A stretch of 64,000 nt of DNA from Podarcis liolepis (lineage: Eukaryota), in assembly GCA_965112155.1 (NCBI GenBank), contig OZ218098.1. One strand, given 5' to 3'. A program made the position numbers and the translations under genes. The notes under the pieces are model-generated. The model was not told the origin of the DNA and searched no databases. It saw only the letters and a list, made by a program, of their open reading frames with translations. This document shows positions 28,001 through 41,106 of the stretch, piece after piece (position 1 is the stretch's first letter; the number at the start of each line of letters is the position of its first letter).

Positions 28001-29836
28001 TAATAAATAACCTGTAACAAGCTGCTAGTGGGATGCGGGTGGCGCTGTGGGTAAAACCTCAGCGCCTAGGACTTGCCAATCGCATGGTCAGCGGTTCAAA
28101 TCCCCATGGCGGGGTGAGCTCCCGTCGTTCGGTCCCAGCTCCTGCCCACCTAGCAGTTTGAAAGCACCCTTAAGTACAAGTAGATAAATAGGTACCGCTT
28201 TATAGCGGGAAGGTAAACGGCGTTTCCGTGTGCTGCTCTGGTGCCGGTTGGCCAGAGCAGCTTCGTCACGCTGGCCACGTGACCCGGAGGTGTCTGCGGA
28301 CAGCGCTGGCTCCCGGCCTCTAGAGTGAGATGAGCGCACAACCCTAGAGTCTGTCAAGACTGGCCCGTACGGGCAGGGGTACCTTTACCTTACCTTTACC
28401 TTTTAACAAGCTGCTGGGGCATCCTACTTTGAGAAAGTGCCTTCACCCATATAGATCTGCCCATGCACTGAGATGAGCAGACGAGGCCCTTTTGATGATG
28501 CCCCAGCTATCTGTGATCACTTTGTGACTTCTTGGATGATGGCCCTTACGGTGATAGCTTTACAGCATGCATAAACAACACTATGCTTTCATTCTATGTT
28601 AAACCTTACCACTAGTATTCAGTACACTTACTGACATCCCACTGGATATTGTATTGCTGTGATATATATTAATGAAATGGTATAAAAATGCTTTAAATGA
28701 ATAAATATGTGTGGGCTGGCTTTTCCTAACAGAGTCCATTGAGTTACCTAGACAAACTGCAGCAAGTGCATATATGGAAAGCTGGTTTTTTCACACTTGT
28801 TCACTTTCCTAATGAACACATCACAGTAATGTGGGATCAAAGAACAACTGTTCATGTAGAGATAGGACCTCAATGGCAGGTAAGAGCACATTGCCTCATC
28901 TAATTATGGGTATGATGTAGTTACAGTTAAGCATTTTGAAACCCCATTCATTTTTCTTGGAGAGATTTAGCATTATACTTAACAGTCTAGTTGAAGTCAA
29001 TGGGATTTCCAAGGGTTTGGCTTTGGCTAGAATGAGTCGTATATTTAACATAATGAGAAGCTTAGATTTATTGTATAAACGAAATATTGTAGTAAATAAT
29101 GAGCATTGCCATATCCAGGGTGAAATACAGTCATATATTGTCCAATATACAACCAATAGTCATAAATATTGAGAGTTGTAGTCTAAGAATATTTGAAGGG
29201 TACTACTGGGCACTTGATTATATGCCTTTGGTAACAGAGATTTTTCTACAGGACTTTTGATTAGAAAACAAAATGCCACTAGCTGGTCATAATAACTTTG
29301 CCTTCTTTTTAGGGTGTGCTGACAGGATTATGTGGAAATTTTGATTCAAAAACAATAAATGAAATGAGAACTCCAGAAAATTTTGAGTTAACAAATGCAC
29401 AAGAATTTGGAAGTAGCTGGGCAGCTGTAGAGGTAAATAATTGGAGTGGTCACTCATTCTATTTCACTACATAGTTCTTTATCATTTAAAATCAAGCACC
29501 AACTGCACTGTATGTTACTGGCTTTCATGTTCTGAATAGTAGTGCTAAACAATTGTTTAAAAATGATAATTTTAAAAGTATTACATTGTTTGTACTATTG
29601 TCTAACTTTGTTTTTATTCAAACCCCAATGTAGCTCTTAAAAAAAAATGACAATAGAGGACACTTTCAGAAGCTTTATGATACCTAAGTTGCATTTTTCC
29701 AACCATCAGCACATTCCCTTTGGCAAACATATAGCAGTAATATGCCACTCTCAGTACATTGGGCCAGGGAGTAATAAGGGGAGCAACATGACTAAAATAG
29801 TAGGCTTTTAAAGGAGAAGTATATCAATGCCTCTTA

Positions 29837-29872
<36 letters not shown>

Positions 29873-30069
29873 TTGCGTGAGTCCACATACCAACTCCTGG
29901 TGACTGTTTAAAATCAGAATGGGCAGCATACTGATAGTCATCTTACTTTAGGGACTGGTAAGAAAATACTCTATACATATTATAGACAGTTAGATATGGT
30001 GAATTCTTCTGTGGTTATAGGTGTTTATGCATGGGGGACAGTCAGTGTGCTGTTCAGAACAGCTGTGCT

Positions 30070-30124
<55 letters not shown>

Positions 30125-33100
30125 CTAGTGTATGTTACACTTCTTGGTTATTTTAAAAGTTAGAAAACCATACTGCTTATAAGAAAATGTTCTCCTGGTT
30201 GATTATTTTGCTTTTGGATTCAGTGTGTTGACAGCTCTGACATTCGGCATCCATGCATTTTAAATCCACTCAGAGAACCATTTGCCAAGAAAGAATGTGG
30301 AATACTCTTAAGTGAAATATTTGAGTCTTGCCATCCAGTGGTAAGTAGCTGCTCATGCATAATGATAATTCTTAAGGTTTTTAATGTATAGCTCCTGAAT
30401 TCCATATTAGCATAATGTAGAACTCTGATCTTTCATTTACAGTTTGATCATAAAGACTGTTGCATTGCATTTAGGATGGGCAGGAAGAACAACCACAGTG
30501 ACTATGCTAACTGGGTTCTATATGGCTACATGTAAGACTGACCATTCAGGAACACTAATGAGTTTGAAGTCCCCATCTGGAATTTGTGTTGACCTGTGGA
30601 GGTGACAGTTCATACAACCAGTGTCTGAACACAAATTGTGGCATTGCATGCTCACCTACCAATATAAAGACATCAATTCACATAAAAAGTGTTTCTACAT
30701 TAACTTGCTGAGGTTCCAAGCCTGCTGGCAGTGATCACATTGTGCTGACAGAGTGTGCAGTCTTCACCTGAAGCAATTAGGTGAAGCAATTATTTTCCTC
30801 TTCTCATTCCATGATCCTGAGTAATTACTACCAGTTACTGCTGTTTTTAGAACTGCAAGGAAGATGTTCCCAACATAGAATAATCTTAACTGTGAAATGA
30901 TTTATGTTTGCAGTGATCAGATATAGCAGCATTAGCACCAATATACAGTCATACCTTGGGTTACAGATGCTTCAGGTTGTGCGTTTTCGGGTTGCGCACC
31001 GCGCCGAACCCGGAAGTACTGGAATGGGTTACTGTGCATGCGCAGAAGCGCTGAATTGCTAACTAGGCTTTGGGAAGTAGGATAAGGACTCTAGGACCCT
31101 GTTCTTATGAAAGCCCAGTGCCTTGCTTACCTTTGAAGGCCGGGAGTGCCAAATGTTGCAAAACAACAGGGCATATATGAAAGGACATAGTGATGAACTT
31201 GTTCAATACAAATCAACAGTAAATGCTGCATGCCAGAATCCTTTGGAACTTGCTTTTTAGATATCTGTGGCTCTGTGCTGAAAACACGGTTGCCAATGTT
31301 TGTGTAGGTAATGATATGTTACAGTAATAATTATCTTCTTCAGGTTGATGTCACCTGGTTTTATTCAAACTGTTTGACAGACACATGTGGTTGTAACCAG
31401 GGAGGGGATTGTGAGTGTTTCTGCACAAGTGTTTCAGCCTATGCACATCAGTGTTGTCAACAAGGAGTTACAGTAGACTGGAGATCTCCGAGATTGTGTC
31501 GTAAGTATGCTTAAATATTCTTTGCATGCTGAAATAGAATGCAAGAATTTGTGTCTGCACCTAGCTTTAATTACTGCAATGCGTGCATTACTGATTTGCT
31601 AGTGAGAAAATCTAGGCATTTATGGATTCCCTATTCCTTTTGCAGAAGAAAACTGAACCAATACCCTGTTCTGTAGCCTTTTTACTCCGAGGCCAGGTTT
31701 TCAATCAATTCCGGTGCCAGGGATAGATCTGTTTTTATAGCTTCCTTTTGAGTCATGGCAGTCTAGAAGTTTATCTCTTCTGCTGTCTTTCTCTAGAATT
31801 TACAAACCACTTAATCTCTGCTAGTCATCCTAGTTAAGTGAGCAGTGAGATCCAGGCTTAGTGGGACATTGTTGTGTTGAAGGAGTATTGGTGCTTAAAG
31901 AATTCTCTCAACTGGTAGTGAGCGGAAGGCAAAAAGCTCTACCTTTTTTCCATTTAAGCAGAAGTACAAGAAGTGTGAATGATTCAGATTTCTTTCTGGT
32001 CTTTTAAAGTTAAGTTCAAAGCTGGGCATTATGCATTTCCTCTAGAAGATGCAAAAGCTGTTGTATTCACATCAAATTCTCATCTCTCTGCAGGAAAGAT
32101 GTACAAAGATGTATGACCAAGCTTATTCTTATCCACTAGAGGTCACACAAGGATAAGCATCTGCTCATTGCAGCTTATACTTCATTCTGTATCAGTTTTA
32201 TTAGTCAGTAGTATGTGAGTTTTTAATTAATTTGCCAGTCTTAATTTCTCTTCCCAGTCTGAATAAAAATGGAATGTGATTGTGAAAATATGCCCATATG
32301 TATACAGAACATACTGCTAGTTGTGTTCCAGATTTATATTGCTCACTGTTTCCTTTCCTTTCCTTTCAGCTTATGATTGTGAATATATCAATAAAGGTAA
32401 GCAAATCATGGGGAACTGATGATGAAACAGTTCAGTATTTTTCTGTCCACTTTTAATAAAACAACAACTTCATATCCAGTTTTATCAAAGCAGCATTCAT
32501 TCCTGTTTAAATATACAGGTACAGTTCTGATTAACCTTGAAATGTATACCAGGATCAAATGTGGATCAAATTTATATCTGATCCACATAATTATTCCATA
32601 CATTTGAGAGCGAGTTGCACTCCTGCACTCTCCATCTAATATCTTACATTCTGAACAGTATTTCTAAGGCAAAGGAGCGTATAAAGTTAATTAAAAAAAG
32701 TAGTAGATTACCATCCTTGTTCCTCCTGTGTGTGCCTCAGCACTTGAATGCTTTCTGTGAGATAGAGACCTGCACTTGCCATTTGGATACGACTTCAAGA
32801 TTTGGTACAGGTGCATCTTTCCTGGAATGGTCATAAAACAGTTAAGAATGGCCAAATCCAGATTTTTGCCTCCTTCTGCCTCTCCTGTTATTTACCTAAT
32901 ATTTACTATTAGGTTTTATCAAGTATCATGTTTAATACTGTACCGTCTAATACTGCTGCATCATGATTCCATATCTTAGAATTACTAGTTACTACTATTT
33001 GTACCACTGTTTGTTACTACTACTTCTACAAAAATAAATAAAATAAAATAAAATAGTTGCATTTCCCATCTTGCAGCAGAAAATGTTCAGATGTAATGTG

Positions 33101-36100
33101 CAATTGCCAGAGATATGCTCTGTGTTTCCCCCCCTGAAGGGCCTCAAGAGGGAGCTAATTTGCAAGTTTTGATAATTGTTAGTCTCTCCCTGGCTGTTAT
33201 TACTATATTCAGATTCATTATTGGTGTAAGAAATCAATAACGGATCACTTCACACTTTCATCTTGTACACTTTCTTATATAGCTAAAAGGGTATGACTCC
33301 GTATCCATATCCATATCCATGTTTGGCATAATTATGTATTTTAGATATATAGAGTAATGGGGGCAGGGATCTAAAAAAGTCAGGTTGAAATTGTTTTAGT
33401 TTTCCATTCTTTTAATACTTCTTTTGAGTTTTCCTCAGATAGTATTGATATTGTTCTAAACATATGAATGCGTGCAATAAAACTACAGTGAGGGTCTAAG
33501 GTCTTCTTTTGTTGTGTACCAGACAGGATGGGCGCTAAGTACCAGCTCCACTTCCCTCTGAGGGGATAGGAAAGGCTTAGCAAGTGGTAAACTATCATCC
33601 ACTTGTCTTCATCTTTCCCTCCAGATTAATGGCAAGGCAGAACTAATAAATCTTAGGTAGTATTTTAGTTGCCATGAATTTTGATTCAATATTGCTTGAA
33701 TATACTAGGTTCAATCCAAAGACTTCCTTCTGTCAATGGATAAAGCCCTTCTTTCAGGTTTCCCATTGGAGGATGACACTTTCCATTAGAGGAAGGGACA
33801 TTCAGATCCAACTCATTATTTTGCACATATTAGTGATTTTCAATTACATCCTGCCTTGTGATAGTCTGGCAGCACATTTTTATTGATAAGCTGCATGCTT
33901 TTTACAGAATTCACTATACATTTTGATTTATAGTACTTACTGAGCAATCCAAATGCCCTTAACAGCAGGCTGCAGTAGCTTGGAATGAGTGGAGGTGTCC
34001 CTCTGCTCAGCTTTCCCTGCTAAAACAGCCACTGTTGCCCCCCCCCTTCTCCTCACTGAACATGCAGGCAGGTGAAGGCCATTGGTTGCTGCTCCCACCA
34101 TCAGGAGTCTGTGGAACACCCCCTCTCCCCGAATCTGGGCATGGGGCTCAATCTGGGGTGGGGCTGAGTTGATCTGGTCTCTGATGGATCCCAAACCAGT
34201 ATCACTGCCATTATGTTGACAGCACTGGGCCTGATCACGGTGCTAGCCTGGGTCTGCAATAGTACATCAGATTTGGTCCCTGTTTTTTCATGTAACATCT
34301 TTGGGGATGTATGCATAAATTATAGGTGCTCTGAAATAATGGACTAAAGTTACTTAGGTCCATTGATTTCAATGGGTCCACTAAGCGTATGACTTAATAT
34401 TGGATATCACCCTCTGCATTTTATTTGATAAAGGTCTGCATGCTGGACTTAAGTTAGCTATTGTGATATGTATCTGGGGTGCTGTGAAATTATTTCACAG
34501 TTAGCGGGATGGGTGGGACAAATTAGCCACAGATGATTCATGCTGTCTGAAGCAAATTATCCACATCCCGTCCTTTCAACTCTTCATCACAAAGATCCTA
34601 GGAGCTCAAATAAAATGTCCTTTAGGGTACATAAATCTCCAGACCAAGTCCCTTCTCCTTTAGGACTCAGGCTCAGGAGAAACAACAGAATGTTACTGCC
34701 AAAATCCAAATATATGCACAAGCCCAACCCTTGGCCCCTACTAGCTTTGGGAGGTAGTTGACAATCTTTCCGCAAGCCCAAGCTTTTCATAAAACCTTTG
34801 GTGACCCGCCCTGCCTGCAGGGTCCGACTCTTGCCCTCGAATTGTACCCAATGCATTTACACACTAGCAGCCCACTTTAATAATGTTTGTGTTTGCGGTG
34901 GAAATGATTGTTTCCAGGGGTCCCCCCTCCCCACCTATATGAGCACTGGGCTTTAACATAGGGAAGAACTCTAACGTGGATACTTTCCTCCTGACAGAGG
35001 GAGAAAAGGTTGAAACCATTTTTGAAGCTGAGCTTGCAAACATTGCACATCTCTAACAGCTTTTACGTGACTCGTAGTTCTTATGTCATTTGATGGTGGT
35101 GTTTTCTTTGCCACTGTACAAACTGACCAATAAACATGTGCGATACAAGCATTTGTGGCATTCGACAGGAAATGTAACCTTGCCTTCTCTTGACAGTTCT
35201 GGGAAAGGGCCCCTACAAGCTGGTCAGCTTCTTGGACAGAGAAATTGAAATTGGAGCCAAGCTGTTGGATGGTTCTGTTTTTCCAGCAAGAGGAGATGCT
35301 ATTGCTCCTGGAGATGCAGTACACTTTATGCTGACATCGGGACTGTATAAGCCAAAAGCACATGGTAAACTCACTGTTGCTGTAAAATATCTAGAAAATT
35401 AGCAAAGGCAATGCTCATTTCAGATGCATCTTTCTTTTAAGTACCAGACACAAACAATGGGGAAATGGTATTATTTTCATATCCTTTTCCAATGTTTTTC
35501 CCCCCAGCAAGGCAGTCCTTCCTTAGTAGGCAGCATGGGTTCTGGCTGCATCAGAATGTAGGAAGTTTTGTAGAAGGAGCATTAAACCTCACTCTACATC
35601 TATCAGTAGGTTCTCAACAAGAAGGCTGTCTGCCAAAATCTCTATCTAATGAGTGGATCTTCACAAGGTGATTGCTGATTTATAAATAGTCTGACACTTC
35701 AGCTTTTCAGATCAACAGATTTGTAGACCCAGCAGTCCTTATCTTCCCTGTGGCAGGAACAGAGGTAGAAAAGCATGGGAGGAAGTCTGGAAACAGGCAG
35801 CCAGCTGTGGAATTAGTGAGGTACAAATGGTTAGGTCAGCTGAGTTCACATTATGGTTGGTTGGCAGGTGGTGGGACTGTAGTTAAGTGGGAAACCACAA
35901 GTGTAAAGAGGTTTTTAGGATTACTTCCAACACCACCTTTCATTATTTGAGTTTTTAAAACATGCATGAGTGAGCAATCAGGTAACAGAAAAAAGTGAGT
36001 AATGTATGAATGATGTGAGAGATGATTTTGGAGTTTCTTGATAGTTGCTTAGCCAGATATCTACTCCACTTTAGAATTGAATGTGTGGTTATTTGTACTT

Positions 36101-39100
36101 TACAAAAATATTTTCTTCAACCATTTTTTAAATTTAATTTTTTTTAAAAAATTAATTTTTGCTTCCTTATTTAGAAATGAGAAAGCAAACAAGCCAATGT
36201 TGTCTGTGGAGTAAATGGTACTTTTAAAAAAAATCAAAATCTAAAACTGTTATTGAAATAACTAAAAGAAGATAGTAGTGAAATAAAGGAAAGATTAAGG
36301 AAGCATCTTGTTAAAAATTGTGTAAATGGCATCCAACATAAGAAAATGAAAGCCATTTGTTTATTTGCCCATTATTATCGATCTGACAAAGTATTGAATC
36401 TTCTGAAGCAAAACTCTTATTTGAGTTCCTGCTGAGGTGAAAGTTCAAAGTGCCAAACTGAAGTGACCCACTGTTCAAAGTTGTGAAGTGGATTGCAAAA
36501 CATCCCCTTTCCTTCAGTGGACGTCTGCATTGCTGGATTTTATCGGGAAATCATCTTCATGAAATTAGCATACGGATGTTCACATATGCAGACTTTATTT
36601 ATATGTTATGGCTTTATGTGGCTGTCCCACAACATCTTCATGTGGGCCAATTATGCTAGGTGGTCAGAGAAGGGCAGGTACACTCTCACTCCCTTCCATG
36701 TGCATTGTCTGAGGTGACTCTTGGAGTTCACCAATGCTTATTGAAACTTAATGAAATTGTTACAAGAATTAGCTATTGGTAGTTTACACTGGTATTGCCA
36801 GTTTTCTCGCTACTGTGTGTATGGAAGAAAACGTCAGTTCCTTTGGTGCAATTATGATTCACACAATAAATGTTGTCATCTTGGAAAATTAGACAGTATT
36901 CCCGAGTAATGAACTGTGCATCACACAACATCTGTTTAACAGAGATTATTTGTTCTCTCTGCAGGATTTTTAAAGAAACATTATCCAGCCCTGAGGGGGG
37001 ACAGTTGATTTTACAGTAGTTTTATGGTTATTTTAAGCAAAATAACACAATGTACAGTGAAATAAGATTTGGAACAACAGATGCTCATCTGAGTCTCAGT
37101 TCTGTCACCCTTTTAGTGAGCGTTACTTTACCCTACAATTAAATCTGCTCTCAGCGTCTCTGTATTTTGAAGACCCGTTGAAAATTCCAGAGTAAAAATA
37201 TGGCTAGCGCATACCTGTTACGGACATGTTTTCTGGTATAAGATGGCCAATTGATGAGGAAAAAACTGAAAAACAAGAACCTACAGTAGAAATGTTGCTT
37301 TCTTCATATTTTTGTGAATAAGGGTTTTGTGGGAGATATTTCCTGGGCATTGGGGAGAGCGAGTTTAATGAAAAATATAACTTGTTAAACACCATTTGTT
37401 TTATGGAATTAGAATGTTCTCTGAAAAATGTAGTGTTTCGAAATTCCTCAGTGTATAGTTTCAGAAACTCCTCTGTTTACAACAATAGCCCTATTCAGTC
37501 ATGTACTTAACAGGAGTGTGCAGCGGCCACAAGATCCGCCTTGTATCCATAGCATTTAGAAGCAGCCTGATCAGTTTTGGATCTGATCTTTGTCATTCTG
37601 ATTTGACTCATTATTCTGGTCCAAATCTGATGTCTTAAACCAGAGGTGTTATTTTTTTCTCCTTTGACTATAATGGGAGATCTAAAAATGGCCATAGCTT
37701 TTTCCTTTTCACATAAATGGATGAATCTGAAGGCAAAGAAGCCACTCCAGATTTCAGGCTGAGTCATCCTGGGGTTTTCCTGCAGAAAACCTTTATTTAT
37801 TTATTTATTTATTTAATGTCTTTTTTATTTGTTACTATATTTTTTAGATGCAAACTGAAGATATAGCAACCTCCTCCTGAGAGGATGAAGCCCACCAGTT
37901 TTCAGAAGGATAGTTGCACCAGTTCTCCCACAAAGGCAGACTCTGTTATTTTAGACTGGGAAAGTAGAAATCACATTCCTCCCCTAGCTTTTGTGTGTGT
38001 GAGGGGGCATATGTAATCAGTTTAGAAATTGGTGACATGAGGAAGGTGTCCCTGGGTAAGAAACCTGATAAAGTTCAGAAAAGTAAGTGCAACTGCTATC
38101 ATGATCCACCTATACCCTCCCTCTTGTTAATGGTGCTATCCAACTTAACAGCATGAAAGACTGCCCTAAATCAAGCCAATCTGTTTCGTTATTCACAGTA
38201 CAGACAGATCTGACACATCCCCACCCCAGTATCTAGCCTTGTCCCCAAAGTCACATGATTTCCACCACTTTTGCTGTTATCACATGGGCAAAAAACTCCT
38301 GAAGCATGTATCTGTTCTGTGTGTGAAGACTCCCTGCACAATTTAGTATTCTGAGGTGCAAGGAAACTTGACGTGGCGAAAAGGCTGCCTGCTTCATAAG
38401 AAATGCCTCAGCACAGTGATTGCAGCATTGGGAAGAACTCTGTGATTTTGAACATCGAACTAAACTGGCACCCCCACAGTCCCTTCTACTAGGCTTGCTC
38501 TCTCTTCAATGCCTAAAGATAGTATGAGATAGTATAGTCGCTTTGGGCTAAGCTGAGCCTAGCAGAACCTGCCTGTGTTTTTAAAAAGTAGAAACAGTCA
38601 AAACAGAGTGTAGTGTGCTGGAGGCAAAACTCAAAAAAAAACTCTGCTCAGCTCAGGTAATTATTTTTTGTTATTGCTGTTTGTTTTCCAGATCCAAACC
38701 TGGCTTCATTTGAATCAGCTGACAGACCAAATTATTTTCTTCATTTAGCTTCCAACAATACCTTGGTTCTCGCCAAGTGGGAAAGAAGTGAACATTTTCA
38801 AAACAGATCGACGTTTGCCATCCACAAAAACACATGGCTTTCAGGATATAACTCCTTTGAGTCATTTGCAGTGCCAGGAGCCTTCATCCACATTTCTGCT
38901 GCTTCTGTGAATATTGTTAAATATCGCCACTCTGAGGCATTCAGACTTGCTACACTTTTCAAACTTGTTGGTAAGTACTTGAGTATGAATTGTGGTGGCT
39001 ACATTTTCAAACTTGATTTTGGTATCCTTTGTATGATATCATCTTTTATCATGCAATGCCTGATAGGAGTTCTCATAAATGACCAATCAATTTAAAACAC

Positions 39101-41067
39101 AGCATCCTGTGAGTGTGATATTTCTGTAGTTTAAACTTGTTCCTTTAATTTTACCAGGTTCAGAATATAACTTCATCCAGCTAGGAATATAATGTTCAAT
39201 TTTATTACAAATCAAGTGCCATTCCCTTCCTCTTTTCTTCTCTAGCTTGAAATGTAAAATGAGATCATGTGCACGCAGACCAGAAGTTCACAACCAGCTG
39301 TTTTGTAGGCACATGCACTGAAATTCTTTAGTGTTAACCCATTACTCTCACTGAAACTCTCCTTTGTTGGTCTGAACTACATAATCAGGTCAGATAAGCT
39401 GCTTTTTGTTTACTGACTATATATTCTCTATTTGGGTTAGTTCTCTTAATTACCTCTTGAGTATGTGGTTGTTGTCATCTGCCCCAACCTAAAACTCACT
39501 GTTTTTCCTGAGCGTGCTTCTTTTGGAAGAATTCTTTTGGCAGTTTAATTTCCAATTGTTAACTCTGCACCATGAAACCCTTGTAATGGTAAATGTCCAA
39601 AATATATACTTTTAATTGGAATAGATTGGTATTATGGAAACATGATGTCTTCGAGAATCAAAATAATTTTAATTTAGATATGAAATCTACCCATTCAAAC
39701 ACTGAGCCTGTCCACAGATATGTGTAGATGATGGTTGACTTTGTAGGCTAATGTACACTCTGATCAGTCCTTAGAGAATGCACCTTGCAGACCTTATCAC
39801 TGTATTGCTTGTGACATTTAATGCTGCTGTTATTCATGGGCCTTGTGAACTTTGTGAACATTCTGAGGAATTACTCCTTGAGGGAGTCTTTGGTCATTGG
39901 GAGATGTAATACTTAGGAATCATTAAGAGTTTCTTTGTTAGGGAGTCTCCACTGGTCCATTTTGGAATCTCATTTTGGTCCCTCTGGCATTACTAGTTCA
40001 GTCACTTAACCCATTCCTAAAGCATCATCCCTAAAGATCAATATTTGGTAGAGTTTGTCACCATCATCAAGAGCTCCCCCTATGTAGATTAACTGGCAAA
40101 GTAATCTTACCCCCACTCCCTCAATGCCATATCTGTGTTTGTGAACTGGATTAAGTAGAGGTGTTCTGCCCAGTTCTGGCTCAGCCAGCCTCCTCCTGGC
40201 TGCCAATATGGAGGTGGAATGGGGTGACATCAATATATTGATGACCCCTGCTGCCTACTCCAAAACATTTGGATGGCCTCTTCCAGAGACTTCATGTAGA
40301 TGTCAAATAGCACTGAGAACAATATGGAATCTTGTGGCACCCTACAAGCCAGTAGCCAAAGAGTTGACCAACTGTCCCATCTGCATCTCATTCTAAAACT
40401 TACCTTCAGTGTGGCAACAGAACCAGGAAATGACAATGCTGCCTTGTCCCAACTGTGATAGGCAATCTGGAAGATTAATGTGGTTGATAGTATTAAGGGC
40501 CACTGAAAGATGTCACATTGCTAGACTAGGACTCTTACCAAGGCATTATCAGTCCCAAATCTGGGTAGCAAATCTGCCTGAAAGTGGTTCAAAGAATCTA
40601 TAACATCCAAGACCTCTTGGAGTTGGGTTGCCAGCATCCATTTAGTTACATTGCCCCAAAAAGGTAGGTTAGTCAGTAATTGTCCAAGCAAGAGGGATCC
40701 AACAAGGACTTTTAGACTAGGGAGTGGTCTTACAACTGATAATTTTAGAACTGCAAGGACCTTATTCCCACTTAGCTAGTAACATCTGGAAGCTTTTAAC
40801 CCAGAAATGCAAGACTGAATCATGCATAGAATCAGACCTAAACTTGTAAGGATTTTGTCCACATCCTCACACTGCACATGTTGAAAGGTATCCCTCACAA
40901 TAGGACAGAAGATACTTTCAAGTACATCTACAGCTATTACAAATAATCTAGAGTCCAATACTGAACTGTTCAGCATTTATTGAGCTAATTGTATAGGGTA
41001 TCTGTTCATACTAAAATAATTAAAGTATTATTTTCCCTATAAGCAAAGGGTAGAACATGAAATGTTG

Positions 41068-41106
<39 letters not shown>

